A stretch of 64,000 nt of DNA, from contig OZ025791.1 in NCBI GenBank assembly GCA_964019425.1, forward strand, positions 124,001 through 188,000. Reading direction: 5' to 3'. Positions 1 through 12,800 of this stretch are shown here, piece by piece. Position 1 is the stretch's first letter; each line of letters starts with the position of its first letter. A model generated the notes under the pieces. That model was given only the letters and a program-made list of their open reading frames with translations. It had not been told where the DNA came from and searched no databases. Origin of the DNA: Flectonema sp. DT1601. Its lineage: Eukaryota. The position numbers and the translations under genes are program-made.

Positions 1-172
1 CGTATCATTCTTTGAAAACTTTCGAATGGCAGTCTGGTAGTTGCTTCGTAAGATGACAATCGATTCGCGTTTCAGGACCAGCAACTCTGAAGGAGTGCCG
101 CAAGTTAGTTTATATTGTACGAAAAGAGAAGAGAAAAAATACTGACAAAAATTAACTGGCGCTCTACGTGTA

Positions 173-1372
173 TCAAACATGGTCGTGTTCCCTATTGTTT
201 GTTTGTTACTTTTGTCTTTATTTTGGCTTACATTGTTAAGTCTAAACAACAGAACAAGAGTGAAGGGAAACATAACATACGTATCACTGTCCATCTCTAC
301 TGGATTCTCTGGAACTGGGATCGGAACGGAAAGAGTCATTTGTTCTTGTCGATCACCAAAACGATGGGAATCTGGACCCCACATAGCATCAGCGATTAAA
401 AAGATCGGTTCTGGTGCTGGTTGATCAGGTCTATATTCTCTACCTGTAGCAGCTAATGCATCCTCGTCGAAACGGTGCAATCCCTTTCCTCTCTTTTTAG
501 ATTGCAAGAAACTGTCTTGAATCCAAAGTTGTGTTGCACACATAATGAATGGGATGATCATCATCACAGTTATCAATTCTAAAGTGTGTCCGTGTTCTTT
601 TGTGTGATCTTCTAGAGGGCCAAGGATCCAACTTCCCCAAGCAGCGAGGGGTCTTTGAAACATCCAAATTAAAAGACCTTTCATGACGACAGTTATGATA
701 ACAATACCAATCCACAGAATCAACTGGAATGCCCACCTCTTTAAAGATGTACAGGTTAGAACATATAAATCTCCATAACTGTTTTATTTATTGAAATTGA
801 ATTATATGAAACTTGTTTTCTACTCAAAAAAGAAGATTAACACACTCTCCAAAATCTAAAATTCCTTTCGGATCAAGTTGGTGAACTCTGATAATTCTTT
901 CAATAATCCTCAGCAATATGTAAGCAAACAGAACACGAACAGTGGTGTCGAAGATGATATTTACGAAATACCAAACGCAGGGGGAAACATCGTCGGCTGC
1001 GAGAAGCGATGCGACGACCATGTTTCCAACGTGAGCGATGAAGAAACCACCTCCTCTGTTTGTTAATTGTTGTTATGAAGTGTCAGAGGAATTGATAAGT
1101 AATGTGTTTATTGAGTTGTATTACTTTTATAAACTCTAAACCAACAGAACAACATACTGTTTAGTAGTATCCAAGACAAACACTCGAGTTGGTCTTCGAG
1201 TGCTTTTTCCATCCTTCGCTTCCATTCTCCATTTTGTAATCAGCGTAGCGAAGGCCAACACTCCGAGCAGCGCTTGAATGAGGTAATCGGTTACACTTTC
1301 AATGATTGTGCATGCATGAACATTCTCTGATGGTGACAAGAGAGCCGCAATACCGCCCGATATGTCTCCCAT
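173..1372 (-). CDS. STIMATE: STIMATE/TMEM110-family multi-pass membrane protein, 4 exons (1372-1158, 1055-846, 778-281, 191-173), ~313 aa
   Basis: Spliced translation gives IQALLGVLAFATL..KWRME..RRPTRVFVLDTTKQ|GGGFFIAHVGNM..DDVSPCVWYFVNIIFDTTV..LDFGD|YGD..WAFQLILWIG..LELIIVMIIPFIMCATQLWIQDSFL, following the TMEM110 motifs. Introns 1157-1056, 845-779 and 280-192 are GT-AG and phase-consistent. The last mini-exon is less certain. Confidence 0.85.
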
Positions 1373-2389
1373 TCGATACTGTGGCAAAAATAAAATAACA
1401 ACAACTACTACAACCTTAACTGGGAAAGTCTCTTAGACGTTCAGAACTGATGACTTCGGTGAGTTGACTCGGTGAGAAGTAGAATTCCCACGTAGGCGTC
1501 ATTGTATCTGTGGAAAGAATTATTTTCAACTCAGCAACAGGATGCGACTTCGCAGAACGCTGGTCTCGGCACCCTGACTGCTTTCTAAGTTTACAAACAA
1601 CAGACTCGCCAGCGAGCTGTTAATTTGATTCGGATCGAGCACAAAAGAAATGCAAAACCAACTGTACGGATGAACAAACTGACAACAAAAAACAATTGAG
1701 GGGGTGGAAACAACTGTTGGTTATGTTCTCAGGCATTGCAGTAAATACGAACCACTCGCACTGCAGGTCAGTTTCGACGAAGTCATCCGAAGTAAGAAGA
1801 ATCTTAATTCCGGTGACAACTGAGCACCGGGAGGGCTATCAACTCACCGTTGAACCACTCGAACAAAACAATCAGAACTTTCCATTCGTCGGACACTTGA
1901 CGTAAAAAAGAATTTCAGTTTCAATTTTTCGATTCATTTCATTCTATTTCTTCAGTTTATTTATCTTAACAGCTTCTCAACAATTCAGTTAAGAAAGAAA
2001 ATTAAATGACCTGCCAATTGGCTCAGTTTTTTGATTGGTGTCAAAACTGGAGCTCTGACTGAGATGAAACTTTCTTTCTGACTGTACTTGACAACTGTGA
2101 ACGATTGCTGCATCACTAGCAGATGCGGACAACAAGAAATTACTTAGGCTTGTTACAGAGCCTACAGCAATCACTGAACAAAAGGATTTGATAAATAGCT
2201 GAAGTTGATAACCTTCAGACATCTTTGGGGATATTTATACCCCCACAGAGATATAAATATAGTTGTTGGTGTATCAAAGACAACTAAACAATTAATGATA
2301 CGGTGGGAGGGGCGGGGGGGTTGTCCGAAGTCATCAACTCCTTTGCTGGTTTCAACATGTAATTGGAACGGAACTCTCATTCTGAGCAC

Positions 2390-2965
2390 CTAATCAATCA
2401 AAGAAGTGTTTTTAATTGCTTTCCTTTCAATCTCATGCATCGGTCTAGTAGCCCACCAAAGAATAACAATCGACACCATTACAAAGAGACCTGTACAGAG
2501 TACAATGAGGCCAGCGTTCTCTAAGTACGCTGGGTCGGCTTTCATGTCGATGGGTACGCCGAACTCGAAGTCCGAAGCGATCCGAAAAGTGCTGCAGTCA
2601 TCCAGAACGTAACAACTGCTGGGTGACGGAAGTAGATCACTGCAATTCCGAGTCACTCCTGCAATTCCTGCGGGGCACACTTCCGTTGCTACCGTGTAGG
2701 TAGCCACATTGCCATTACAAGTAGCACACGTGCTTCTACTCTCACAGTTGTCATCAACTCCATTCGCATACAAACAACTTCTAGTACACTGACAGTTATA
2801 TGAACAGGCGGTCATAGTATCAACTACTAACTCACAAGTAGTCTCTATCCATTTCTTATCATCCCAAGTCTTTCCTACTCCAAGTACAATACTCCCCGCT
2901 ATCGCAAGAGCAAGTCCGATAAAGAAGAATGAACTTATCAATCCGATAATCTGCTTCCCCGCCAT
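2390..2965 (-). CDS. Small two-TM protein with Cys-rich extracellular loop, 191 aa, unknown function
   Basis: ATG at 2965 (MAGKQIIG) follows a U-rich tract and AG. N-terminal and C-terminal hydrophobic helices flank a loop with about 12 Cys. Confidence 0.75.
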   Translation of the reverse strand: MAGKQIIGLISSFFFIGLALAIAGSIVLGVGKTWDDKKWIETTCELVVDTMTACSYNCQCTRSCLYANGVDDNCESRSTCATCNGNVATYTVATEVCPAGIAGVTRNCSDLLPSPSSCYVLDDCSTFRIASDFEFGVPIDMKADPAYLENAGLIVLCTGLFVMVSIVILWWATRPMHEIERKAIKNTSLID

Positions 2966-5900
2966 TGAAGTTGAAGGGGTTCTGGATTTGAAAAATAAAT
3001 CAGCGACGAAACACAACAAACCAACGATACGATTTTTCTCTTTTTTCTTTTTTTTAGTTAGGAAAGCTCTGGGGAAGCCCAGGGCAACAATTATTCGGTA
3101 CCACAACCGTGAGACTCATAAAATTTACCAGAGCTCATAAATAAAGAACGCCGTGAGAATGGAAACGGAACACAAGAAACAAGTATCGCAGAACAACAGA
3201 TATCCATCACCCGGAAAAAAAAAGTACCTTAGGACTGTCTCAGTAGTTACTCGTCTTGCTTTTAAAGTCGTCTTCACAATATGCAGCACTCGCATGAGTG
3301 GACACAACAACCGAGACCCTCCCGACGACCTAAGACGTTAAATTATATGAAACCTATAATCAGGATTCACTGTGAACAATGTTCAAGAACTTCTTAAAAA
3401 CCAACACGAGTCTGGCCAGAACAGCCGACGACAGATTTAAGCAACAGAAATAATACCCTGCCGATGAGAATATCGATGAGGATAACGTGCTAAGGATGAA
3501 AAGAGAATGGCAAAATGATTAAGAAATGAGACCCAAAAGTCCTCACCGGGTAACCAGAGCAGTTGCGAGCAGATGTTTGGAAAGACTTGGAAGTAACACA
3601 GAGAAACGAACCGAGGCAGCAAAGCTTCGGAATATAAACATCACTTTAACAACTAAAGAAGACGCACGCACCCGCTGATTCAGCTAGTTATCAACTCTAC
3701 CTTCGATTACTTCACTTTGAAGTAATATTTCGGACAGCTTGAGGAAGATAAGTTGATGTCAGATAGAGCCAGGTAAAGAATAAATAAAGAAGAGAAGGAG
3801 ACGTTCTTTAAACTAAAAACAACACTCACATGAGACTCAAGTGACTGAATACAAAACAAGTAAGAAGCTAAGATTGGCACTCAAAGAAATAGAAACTCAA
3901 TTCACAAATAACTCGCACGAGTTTCAGAACTCCATCACGGCTGCCTCCCCAGACTATTCGGCCAATCAATAAAATAATTTTGAAATCTGACTGAGCAGAG
4001 CTCAGAAAAGGCTGACAAATAATAGTTCCAAAGTCTGCTATCGTTAGACAAGTAACAGCAGTCTTGTTCAAGAATCACAAAGTGGGTTTAGTTATTCAGA
4101 GATGATAAAGAAACTGAGTCATATATTGGTTTTATGAAGAAAAACTAAACTCCACGCATGCCAACAACCAACACACTGACATGACTGCATTTCAAAGGGA
4201 TTTCCCATCACGTTGTCAGCAGTTAAAAAGGAAACAACTCAACAGATCGAATTCTAGACTTTATTGTGCTCCGTAAAGAAAAGGACTCAAAGCAAAGTAG
4301 TTCTGGTTAGTAGAAAGTTGTTGTTTTTTTAAAGTCCGTTATTTACTACCAAAACCCACTTCATGTACGAGGCAGGCAGTGTAAGAGACGGCTGATTTCG
4401 CCAAGGGAGGGAGAACACTAAACTACTTCATTATGAAAGAAGGAAAGTAAGAGGGGGGCGAATCTCGGGAGGATGAGAAAAAAAAATTAAAATAAGTAAA
4501 TAAAGAAAGGAGGGAGTATTAAACTTTAATTACACCTCCTCCAGTTCATAAATTAGAACGAGTATCCGAGTCGGGATAGCGTAAAAAAAGGAAAACAACG
4601 AACCAGTCCCACTGCGATACAAACCAATTATCTGTGCCGTGTTTCCACAGCTCGGATAATTCCACAATACCGATACAAGGAGTTAAGTATCAATAAAAGC
4701 TCACGATAGCTTCCAAAAAACCGTGACAGACAAACTTGACTTTGGTTCATTCAAGAAAAAAAAAGGGAAGTGGAATCGACTACTTCACTAAACAAGTGCG
4801 AGAAACGTTCTTCCTGATTTCCTTTTTTCATTTGACAATTTTTTTAAAAATCATCAACAAAAACTGACAGAGTTCTAAGTTCAATAAGATCAGTTTGTTC
4901 ATATTAATTATTATCAGTTTCTTATCATTAACGTCATCCATATTATGAACAAACTTAAGATAGGTACTCACATAGTTGATGTACGTTAATTAAGTTTTTT
5001 ATTATAAAATATTTAGCCTGAGGTCACTCACACGACATGTAGAGCTTCAAACTCCAAAAGATTGTGTGGATGGTGCTAAACCTCCCTCGCGTGACACTAC
5101 AGGAAAGTAGAAAAAAATGTAACCACATAAGCTACCATCACAAGGTAAGTGACAGGTTTGGCTACGATAAAGTGATAAATAGTTACAAGAGATGATAAAA
5201 GAAGGCTGCTCTGATCCTCTCAGCCAGAAAACACAATTTGCTGTGCGATAGCAAATAACAGATTAGAGTAAAGCAGCGAAATAAAGTTCTGCGATGCTTT
5301 AGATTGAAGTCAACTCGGGTCGCTATAAACGCCTGACTGCTTCACTTGTTCACACAATACAATCTGATGCTAAGCAACTCACATGACAGCGGAATAGACA
5401 AGACACAAATAATCGCAAAGTAAGACCGACGAAGGTCCGATTCGAAAGTTTATTAGCAAAGAAGAAAGGAAAAGGAAAGGAAAGGGAATAAGACCACACC
5501 TTTGTTTGTTTAGAGTTTATACAAACAAAGAAATGGTTTTTTTTATTTACGTTACTACGAGAGTGGCTTCAGATATGGCTGCATATTCAGCAACCATCCG
5601 GTGCAGAACAATTGCTAAACGCTGCAGCAACGATGTCTATCAAATGACCAAAAGTTTATATAAACAGAACAGCTAAAACATTTCTAGCAGGCCGATAGCA
5701 TAGTGACGCAGGTTAATTTGTTGTTGTTTAAATGAAAGCAATGAGAGTATACGGTATGTCATTCCGTGCTGAGAGCAGTCAGTTGATAAAACCATCCAAA
5801 AAGGTAGTTGTGGTGTGGTGTGTTCATTCAAGTGAGGTCAGATATATAAGGGATCGACCGACTGCATTAAAACCTGGGTATCTGTAGGGAAGGGGAGCAG

Positions 5901-8480
5901 TAGTTTCATTTTTAAGTCTTCAAAAAAATTTCATTATATAGTTCTGGAAATTTCATTTCAGGTTGAAGCTAAAGAAGGATCGTCTAAAACAAGAAAAGAC
6001 GAAACCTTAAATTACATATTACGATTGTGCAGAACTTGTTATCTATCAAAGTAATAAAAACATTAGCGGTGGTAAGAATAGAATAGAAATACCAATTCTA
6101 TTTGACCATCGCCGCGACCAAGAAGTGCTTTTTCTTTTCTTCTCATCTGCCTTAATCACTCTGCGCAAGTTCAGGACTATACCTGCGAAGATAGACCTGT
6201 CAGGTAGCGGAGTCATGACCGCTCTAGGAAAGCTCTTGGGGGATTATTGTATGATTTTGTAAATATTGCGTTCGTAATATAAAAAGAAAAATACACAAAA
6301 ATATCCGTGGTGCCGATGTGGACACCTCAGATGATTCAGGAAGCTTTGACGCTGATAGACTGGCTGCATATTTAAATTGAAAAAAAAAGAAAAGAACCGA
6401 ACATTTTTTGATTGGAAAAAAAACCTCATTCCACAAACGAAGACTGGACTTCGACCTCAACAAGAACCAAAAAGAAAATTACCCAAATGTGTTGTCCGTA
6501 TTTCCAGCTGGAACAAACCTTCAAGAAATCTTCGAAACCGGAAAATTGCCATCAGCAGGTTTCATTCCTTTTGTCGAGTTCTGTAAGTTGGTTTTTGGTT
6601 TCTTTTGTTTTGTTTGGATTGTTAAAGACACATGGAGCTAGAGGTTTAGATAGATATGAGTTTATTGTTAAAATATATACTTTGGGAAATACGATATTTG
6701 AAAGCATTAAAATAATTGTTCAGCTGTTCCAAATAACAGTTTCAAGTAACTGCGGGGGGTCTGGGTAACCCGCACCAGTTTAGGAATAATCATGTGTTAT
6801 GCTTTTATAGCTTTAGCTGGAAGGATTAATTCCCAGCTGAACACTTGCAACAGGTTGAACAACGAACAAGATCAGGGAGACAGTAGAGATGGGAGTAACA
6901 AGTAAAAATTCTTTCATAATCCAAAATATAAAACTTTTTCTTTCACATAAAATAATCACGCGTGTCTAATGCCAATTTATTTATTTATTTATTTATTTAC
7001 GAAGCCTAGGAAGCCAAAAGCCAGGAAAAGCTCAATATACTACGAAAATAAAATATAAAAAAAAACGGGCCACAAAAATCTGGGCAACACGATAAACTAC
7101 AATCTGCAAGGCACAGATCAAAGGAAGCTCATGAGACAGCTCTTAAATAAGTTTAGTTTCGCAACCTATATATCGGCCACGAAAAAAAAAAACTTTTTAA
7201 AAAGAAGATCTACACCAGAAACAAAAATCTTTACTAAAAAACGCTGACCATTGTGAGCACACGTGATTTTTTTTTTATTTTTATTTTCGAATAGGAACTC
7301 ACAAAACCTTTGTTAGATTTATTAAGTATCTAAGACAGGTCTTAGATAAGTTAAAAAGAAGGGACCATAAAAAAAAGTATCAAAACGAACGTTCTTGTAT
7401 CTGACTTCTTCAAACAACTAAGTTTAAATCATACAAACGTTCAGAAGGAACAACAGCTAGCAATTAGAAACTAGCTCTGGACTGTAACTGGTAGCAGACC
7501 GGTGAATGTGGCATTTAAAAAAAAAAAAAAAAATAAGATTCCATTTTTTTAAAAAAAAGAAAAAGAAAAAAAAAAACTAACCAAACCAAACCAAACCACT
7601 ATTATGATTTTGTATTTGGGATTCAAAAGAATATTTTAATTCCAACAAGGTGATGAGAACCTATTAATTTTCTCTGACGTTGTATCGTTTGAAAAAGTTG
7701 TTCCAGAAACTACAAAGAGTCCTCAGATAGGATATGTTCTGTTCATGGTAATCTGACAGTCTTATGAATAACAGATCGATTATAGAAATTACTTTAGCTG
7801 CTTAGGATGAGCAACAGATAAATAGAACACGAGTCAAAGGAGCTTTGAAACTCCTTGTAGGTTTCGCGAGCTTGTTTTATCAAGCGAAAAGTAAATGCCT
7901 AATCTCAGAATGTGAAGCACATTTTCGTGTGCTAACGTTTTTAGAAGTAACTTCGAATAACACGCGCGGATTTATCCGTTCGCACGACTTTCAAAAAGAA
8001 GCAGAACGGTTGCGAAGATTTCGTTTTTTGTTTGTTGTCATTGCTTGTGGGGTATTTAGTAAAATACGTGTTTGCGGACAACTATTTTAGTTTTTCGCAA
8101 TTTATTCGAAAATTATATTTTGTAATTGTGTTAATAAGAGAATCTTAACGACATCTTTAAACATTTTAGGAAGAAACACTTCCACTAAAACAATAACCTC
8201 ATCGTTTCTAATAGGCGACAGTAGTAAACAAGAGTTTTGTATTTAGCAATCCGTTGTATTTTATTTATTTAGCCAGTCTTCCCCCCCAATGTTAGAACTC
8301 GCATTGTTTGAATAAAAAAATAAAATAAAACTTTAGCTAACCAGTAACATTCTCATCGTAAAAAAAAGAATAGTCGGAAATCTGAGGTAATAAACCAATG
8401 AAAGTTGCAAACTACACACGTTATAAAAATGACTAGGGGAAAATCGATGCAAAATCTAAAGTGATCGTGCGTCCTTCACA

Positions 8481-8602
8481 AAACCATTCAGATAATCAAA
8501 GCGTTATATTTTGTTGATCGCAGACAGTATCACTGGCACTTCGACATAATAAATAAACGGCTCTTAATCTGAATAGTTTACTTCTCCGACTTCGTCGGGT
8601 GC
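8481..8602. repeat. Structured dispersed element, copy 1 (13-bp inverted repeat plus CCGAC-ttc-GTCGG hairpin)
   Basis: aaaccattcagat (8481-8493) and atctgaatagttt (8567-8579), then hairpin ccgacttcgtcgg (8586-8598). Homologous to 9100-9203. Confidence 0.75.
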
Positions 8603-9099
8603 AAAATAAAATAAAATAAAACAAATAAATAAAACTGCAACAAAAGATCAAAAGAAAAGCATCTCACTCCCGCCACTTCTCATTTAATGAAAACCAAAAT
8701 ACTTCGAGAAAGTGAGTGCTTTTATTAGAGGTCTGGTTAAGTTTTGTTTTTAGGATGAAACGAAGCCGCAACATAATAATTAGGCCATTAAAGACCATCA
8801 CAATGAATTGGTAGGGAGGGATTGGGAATTTTTGAAATAATTGCAGTAGATGAAAGGAATAAAAAAAAAAGATAGACCAGCAGAAAGGATGCGTTAAATA
8901 AATAACACACGCTGGGGGTTTCCCTAATTGTTTTTGTGGGAAATATCGAACGGAATGCAGACGATATCAATAAATTGATATTAGTTTCGTCAATAACTAT
9001 ATGAAAAATTAAATAATAGGGGAAAAGGGTGACTCGTTTCTGCCTGCTGGGATACAGAAGGCTGGTTAGTATTGCTAAGTTTGGCACAAAAAAAAAGAA

Positions 9100-9203
9100 A
9101 AACTATTCAGATAAACAGACAGTAATACCGTCGCACAGAGAAATAGATGACGTAAATAACGGGCTCTCCATCTGAATAGTTTCTTCTCCGACTTCGTCGG
9201 TGC
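9100..9203. repeat. Structured dispersed element, copy 2
   Basis: Perfect inverted repeat aaactattcagat (9100-9112) / atctgaatagttt (9170-9182) and hairpin ccgacttcgtcgg (9188-9200). Shares cagacagta and aaataa(a)cgg(g)ctct with copy 1. Confidence 0.75.
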
Positions 9204-9823
9204 AAAAAAAAAAGAAAGAAAATGATCGGGTCTCGAGTCTCTTATTACTTCTGAAAATCAATCCTCACTCACATGAGAAACCCGGTGAGAAACAAAATAA
9301 AACAAAACAGAAAACTCAACTGTATAATATCAAGTCGCAGCATCGAGACCGCTGCGGGCAATACATTTCCATGGGGTCAGGGGATCGATGCTCCAGAAAA
9401 TGAGGTTAAGAAAGCTTTTTTCCCCTCCGTCCTTCTTCCCCTTCCTTCTTGTTTTTGTAAAAAGCAAAATTTTTGAGTAAAATATTTATACCAGCTTGCG
9501 CAAAAAGCTGTCAAGGTGAGTTATCATCTTGACTAGCAAATGAGGCTGCTGCCGGAAAATTAAAACAGAAAATAAAGACTCCGAATTAAAAGACACATCT
9601 CGTTGTGAGGAATAGGGTTGGTAAGGAACACGTTGAAAGACGCGACGCGACTGAAGACTTTTATTTGCTTTCTAAAAAAGAAAGTCCGAGAGAGTCATCA
9701 AAAGCAAATTGAAACTAGGAAACCGGATTTCGGAACGCAGATTGCTTCCGCACGTGGTCTAAGTACTAGTGACGGATGAACTAGGGGTCCGTCAACAGAG
9801 TCCTACAGTCCGTCAACAGCGTG

Positions 9824-12800
9824 TTATATTGATAACGCGTTTACTAAGACTTGCTTTTCACAAGAAGAATCTGTTGGAGTACTACCTGGTGAGTTCCTTC
9901 TCTTTGGACGGAATACATCCTTAGCAGAACGCGTCTGTGGGTGTTGTGATAAAGTTCTCTTAAGTGTGATTAAATAGTTTATATAATAAAATACATACTC
10001 GAGAGTTGTTGATGTTGGCGGATTTGGACCCCGGTAGCTGTAACTTCTTTAATGAATTTGGAAACAACGAGATACTGATAGGTACCTTTTGACCACTTTC
10101 ACCGCCTTCCCAAAACTTCATTTGATGAGGCATTGCGTCACCCGATTCCTTACTTCGAACCTTCCATCCTGCCTGTCCATAACCCTCACGAATTGTCCAA
10201 CGCTTTGCCGAGTCAATTTGTATTTTACGAATCCCCGACACCCACATTGGACTCTCACGATGTTGTGTGTGAGAAAGAGTGTACCTCCCCTCAATCTCCT
10301 TCGGACCCTCGACAACTATTGACGTCGGAACTTTTGGGTCAACCGACTCAGCCACAGATTCACTTGCTCCGCTTCGTTGAGCGTCCCTTCGTGAAATCTT
10401 CCTGGTCAGATTCAGTGTTGGAAGTGTTCGCCTGTTTGTAATTTAGACTTCCCTTTACCAATTGTAATGCATCAAATTAGAGTTAACAACTTAGTCCGAC
10501 TCCAAGGATGTCTTAAAGACCTCCCTGCCGCAGCCCCGTTAGTTTTATTTAGTGAAATGTAAATACATACGCTGCGAACGAGTAACTCGGATTACTAGGT
10601 TCGAATGCAAACGACTCGGATTCGTCATTCTGTAAAAGTGGAGTCTCAAGTACCTCGTCCTTCATAGAGAGAGACCTTTCACTTCCGCCCTTAACAGAAG
10701 CTTCAAAGAGAGCAACCTCCTCATGATTCGGACTGTCTGCTTCGAATACATCGAGTTCTGCATTCGCGATGCCTTTTTCTTCTTCTTCGAGTTCTGCATT
10801 CTGAAGTCTCTGTCTTCGGGATGAACGTCTCCAAGAACCCTTTTTGTTTGGATCTTCGAAGAGAAATAAAACCCAAATCACACAAATCAGGTCGAGGAGC
10901 AGCTTCACCATCAGCAGCACTGAGCAGGCCTGAAAGAAGGGAACTGACGTATCGAAGGTCCAGAAGTTTGGGTTTTCGTTGTAGTATCCGATTCCACAGA
11001 GAAGAAGTCCCATCGCCTGCAAGAGGAACATCGCGGGATCTATGAAGTCGTCACGTCCTCTAACGTGGGGACGCTTTAGGAATTCGACGAAAAAGAAAAT
11101 AAAATTAACAGAAGCACCAAAGATTCGAATATGACCACATTCTACCCAAGTTGTTGTTCGAAGTGTCATCGCTGCAGCAAGCAGTGCCATGCTGAGAAAT
11201 TCAAATACAACGTACCAAGAGCGAGTTTCCTTAAATGGTCTTATCATTGTCGAGTACTTCTGTACGAAGTCGTTCTTCTTTGTGGTGCTGACCCACTCAC
11301 CGGGTCCGACGATGAATGTTAACCATTTTGGTAATATCACTTCATCGATGCGATATCTCGCCATCATATTATCTTCGACTTCCTTTCGTATTATTCGTTG
11401 TAATTGAACAGGAACAGCAATACAAAGAACAAGTCCAGGTATTGATATCACATAATGACCTCCTGATCCAGGATAGAATAAAAGTTTAAAAACACTGAGG
11501 ATCGTTCCTTGATAGAGAAATAGAAATACGAAGAGTGGAACAGATGGGAACTTCAGTACTCTGGAGGTTGCCATGTAGTCTTCGAATCTGCTGGGCATCA
11601 CTTTAGTTAGAAATAGAACTGTTGAATAACAAACAATACCAAATCCTATTACGATAGCTGAATTACCGATAATACAACCTGCGTACTCTGATTCATAATA
11701 CGGATCTGATATCTGAGTCGGATGAAGCACCCAAGGAAGAGTAGAATTGTCGTAGTTATTTAATATACAAGGAGATATTGCTAACGAAAGTCTGACTGCT
11801 TGAGCTGCTGCAGGCCCAGACACCAATCCCAGCACACCGGAAACAGCCGTCACTGCTTCCGATGTTTTCTGCGCTTCTTCTGAAATAGGGTTCTTCACCT
11901 TAATTTCTACAACACATGGAACAACACCTTCAATCTCACCATCCACAAATGTCTCTTCGATGATGAAGAGTGCTTTTGAACTTTCCAACACCTTGGTCAG
12001 TTTTATAGAAAATACGACTTCAGTTTCTGCACCTTTCGTTTTTTTGATCTCTGATTCTCCGACGCCATTTAGACCTTCAACACCGAGGCTGGTGTTCGAG
12101 TAAAAAGTTGCGCCGCACGCTGTTGAGTTGCACTGAGCTCCTCTTTCAAGAGTTGCAGAAATCGTTAACACACCGCCATTGTCAACAGAAGTGGGACACT
12201 TCATCCTCAGTTGCGACGGTTGCGGTGAAGGCGTTAGTGGAATAGAAGTTGGCGGAATTGGCGTGTCAGGAACTGGTGTGGGTGGGATAGACGTGTCTGG
12301 TACAGCTGTTGGTGGTATCGGTGTCGGTGGCACTGCTGTCAGCGGTATTGGCGTTGGTGGTATCGGTGTCGGTGGCACTGCTGTCAGCGGTATTGGCGTT
12401 GGTGGTATCGGTGTCGGTGGCACTGCTGTCAGCGGTATTGGCGTTGGTGGTATCGGTGTCGGTGGCACTGCTGTCAGCGGTATTGGCGTTGGTGGTATTG
12501 GTGTCGGTGGCACTGCTGTCAGCGGTATTGGAGTTGGCGGTGCTGCTGTCAGCGGTATCGGTGTTGGTGGTATTGGTGTCGGTGGTATCGGCGTCGGAGG
12601 TATCGGTGTCGGTGGTATCGGTGTCGGTGGCACTGCTGTCAGCGGTATTGGTGTCGGTGGTATCGGCGTCGGAGGTGCTGGTGTTGGAGGTGCCGGTGTT
12701 GGTGGTATCGGCGTCGGAGGTGCTGGTGTTGGAGGTGCCGGTGTTGGTGGTATCGGCGTCGGAGGTGCTGGTGTCGGAGGTGCCGGTGTCGGAGGTGCCG

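Noticed and set aside
6225..6790. Cluster of short plus-strand ORFs plus a GC hairpin, as a decayed retroelement or Helitron end
   Set aside because: Frames are broken by stops, with no recognisable RT, transposase or Rep motif and no clear target-site duplication or CTRR terminus.
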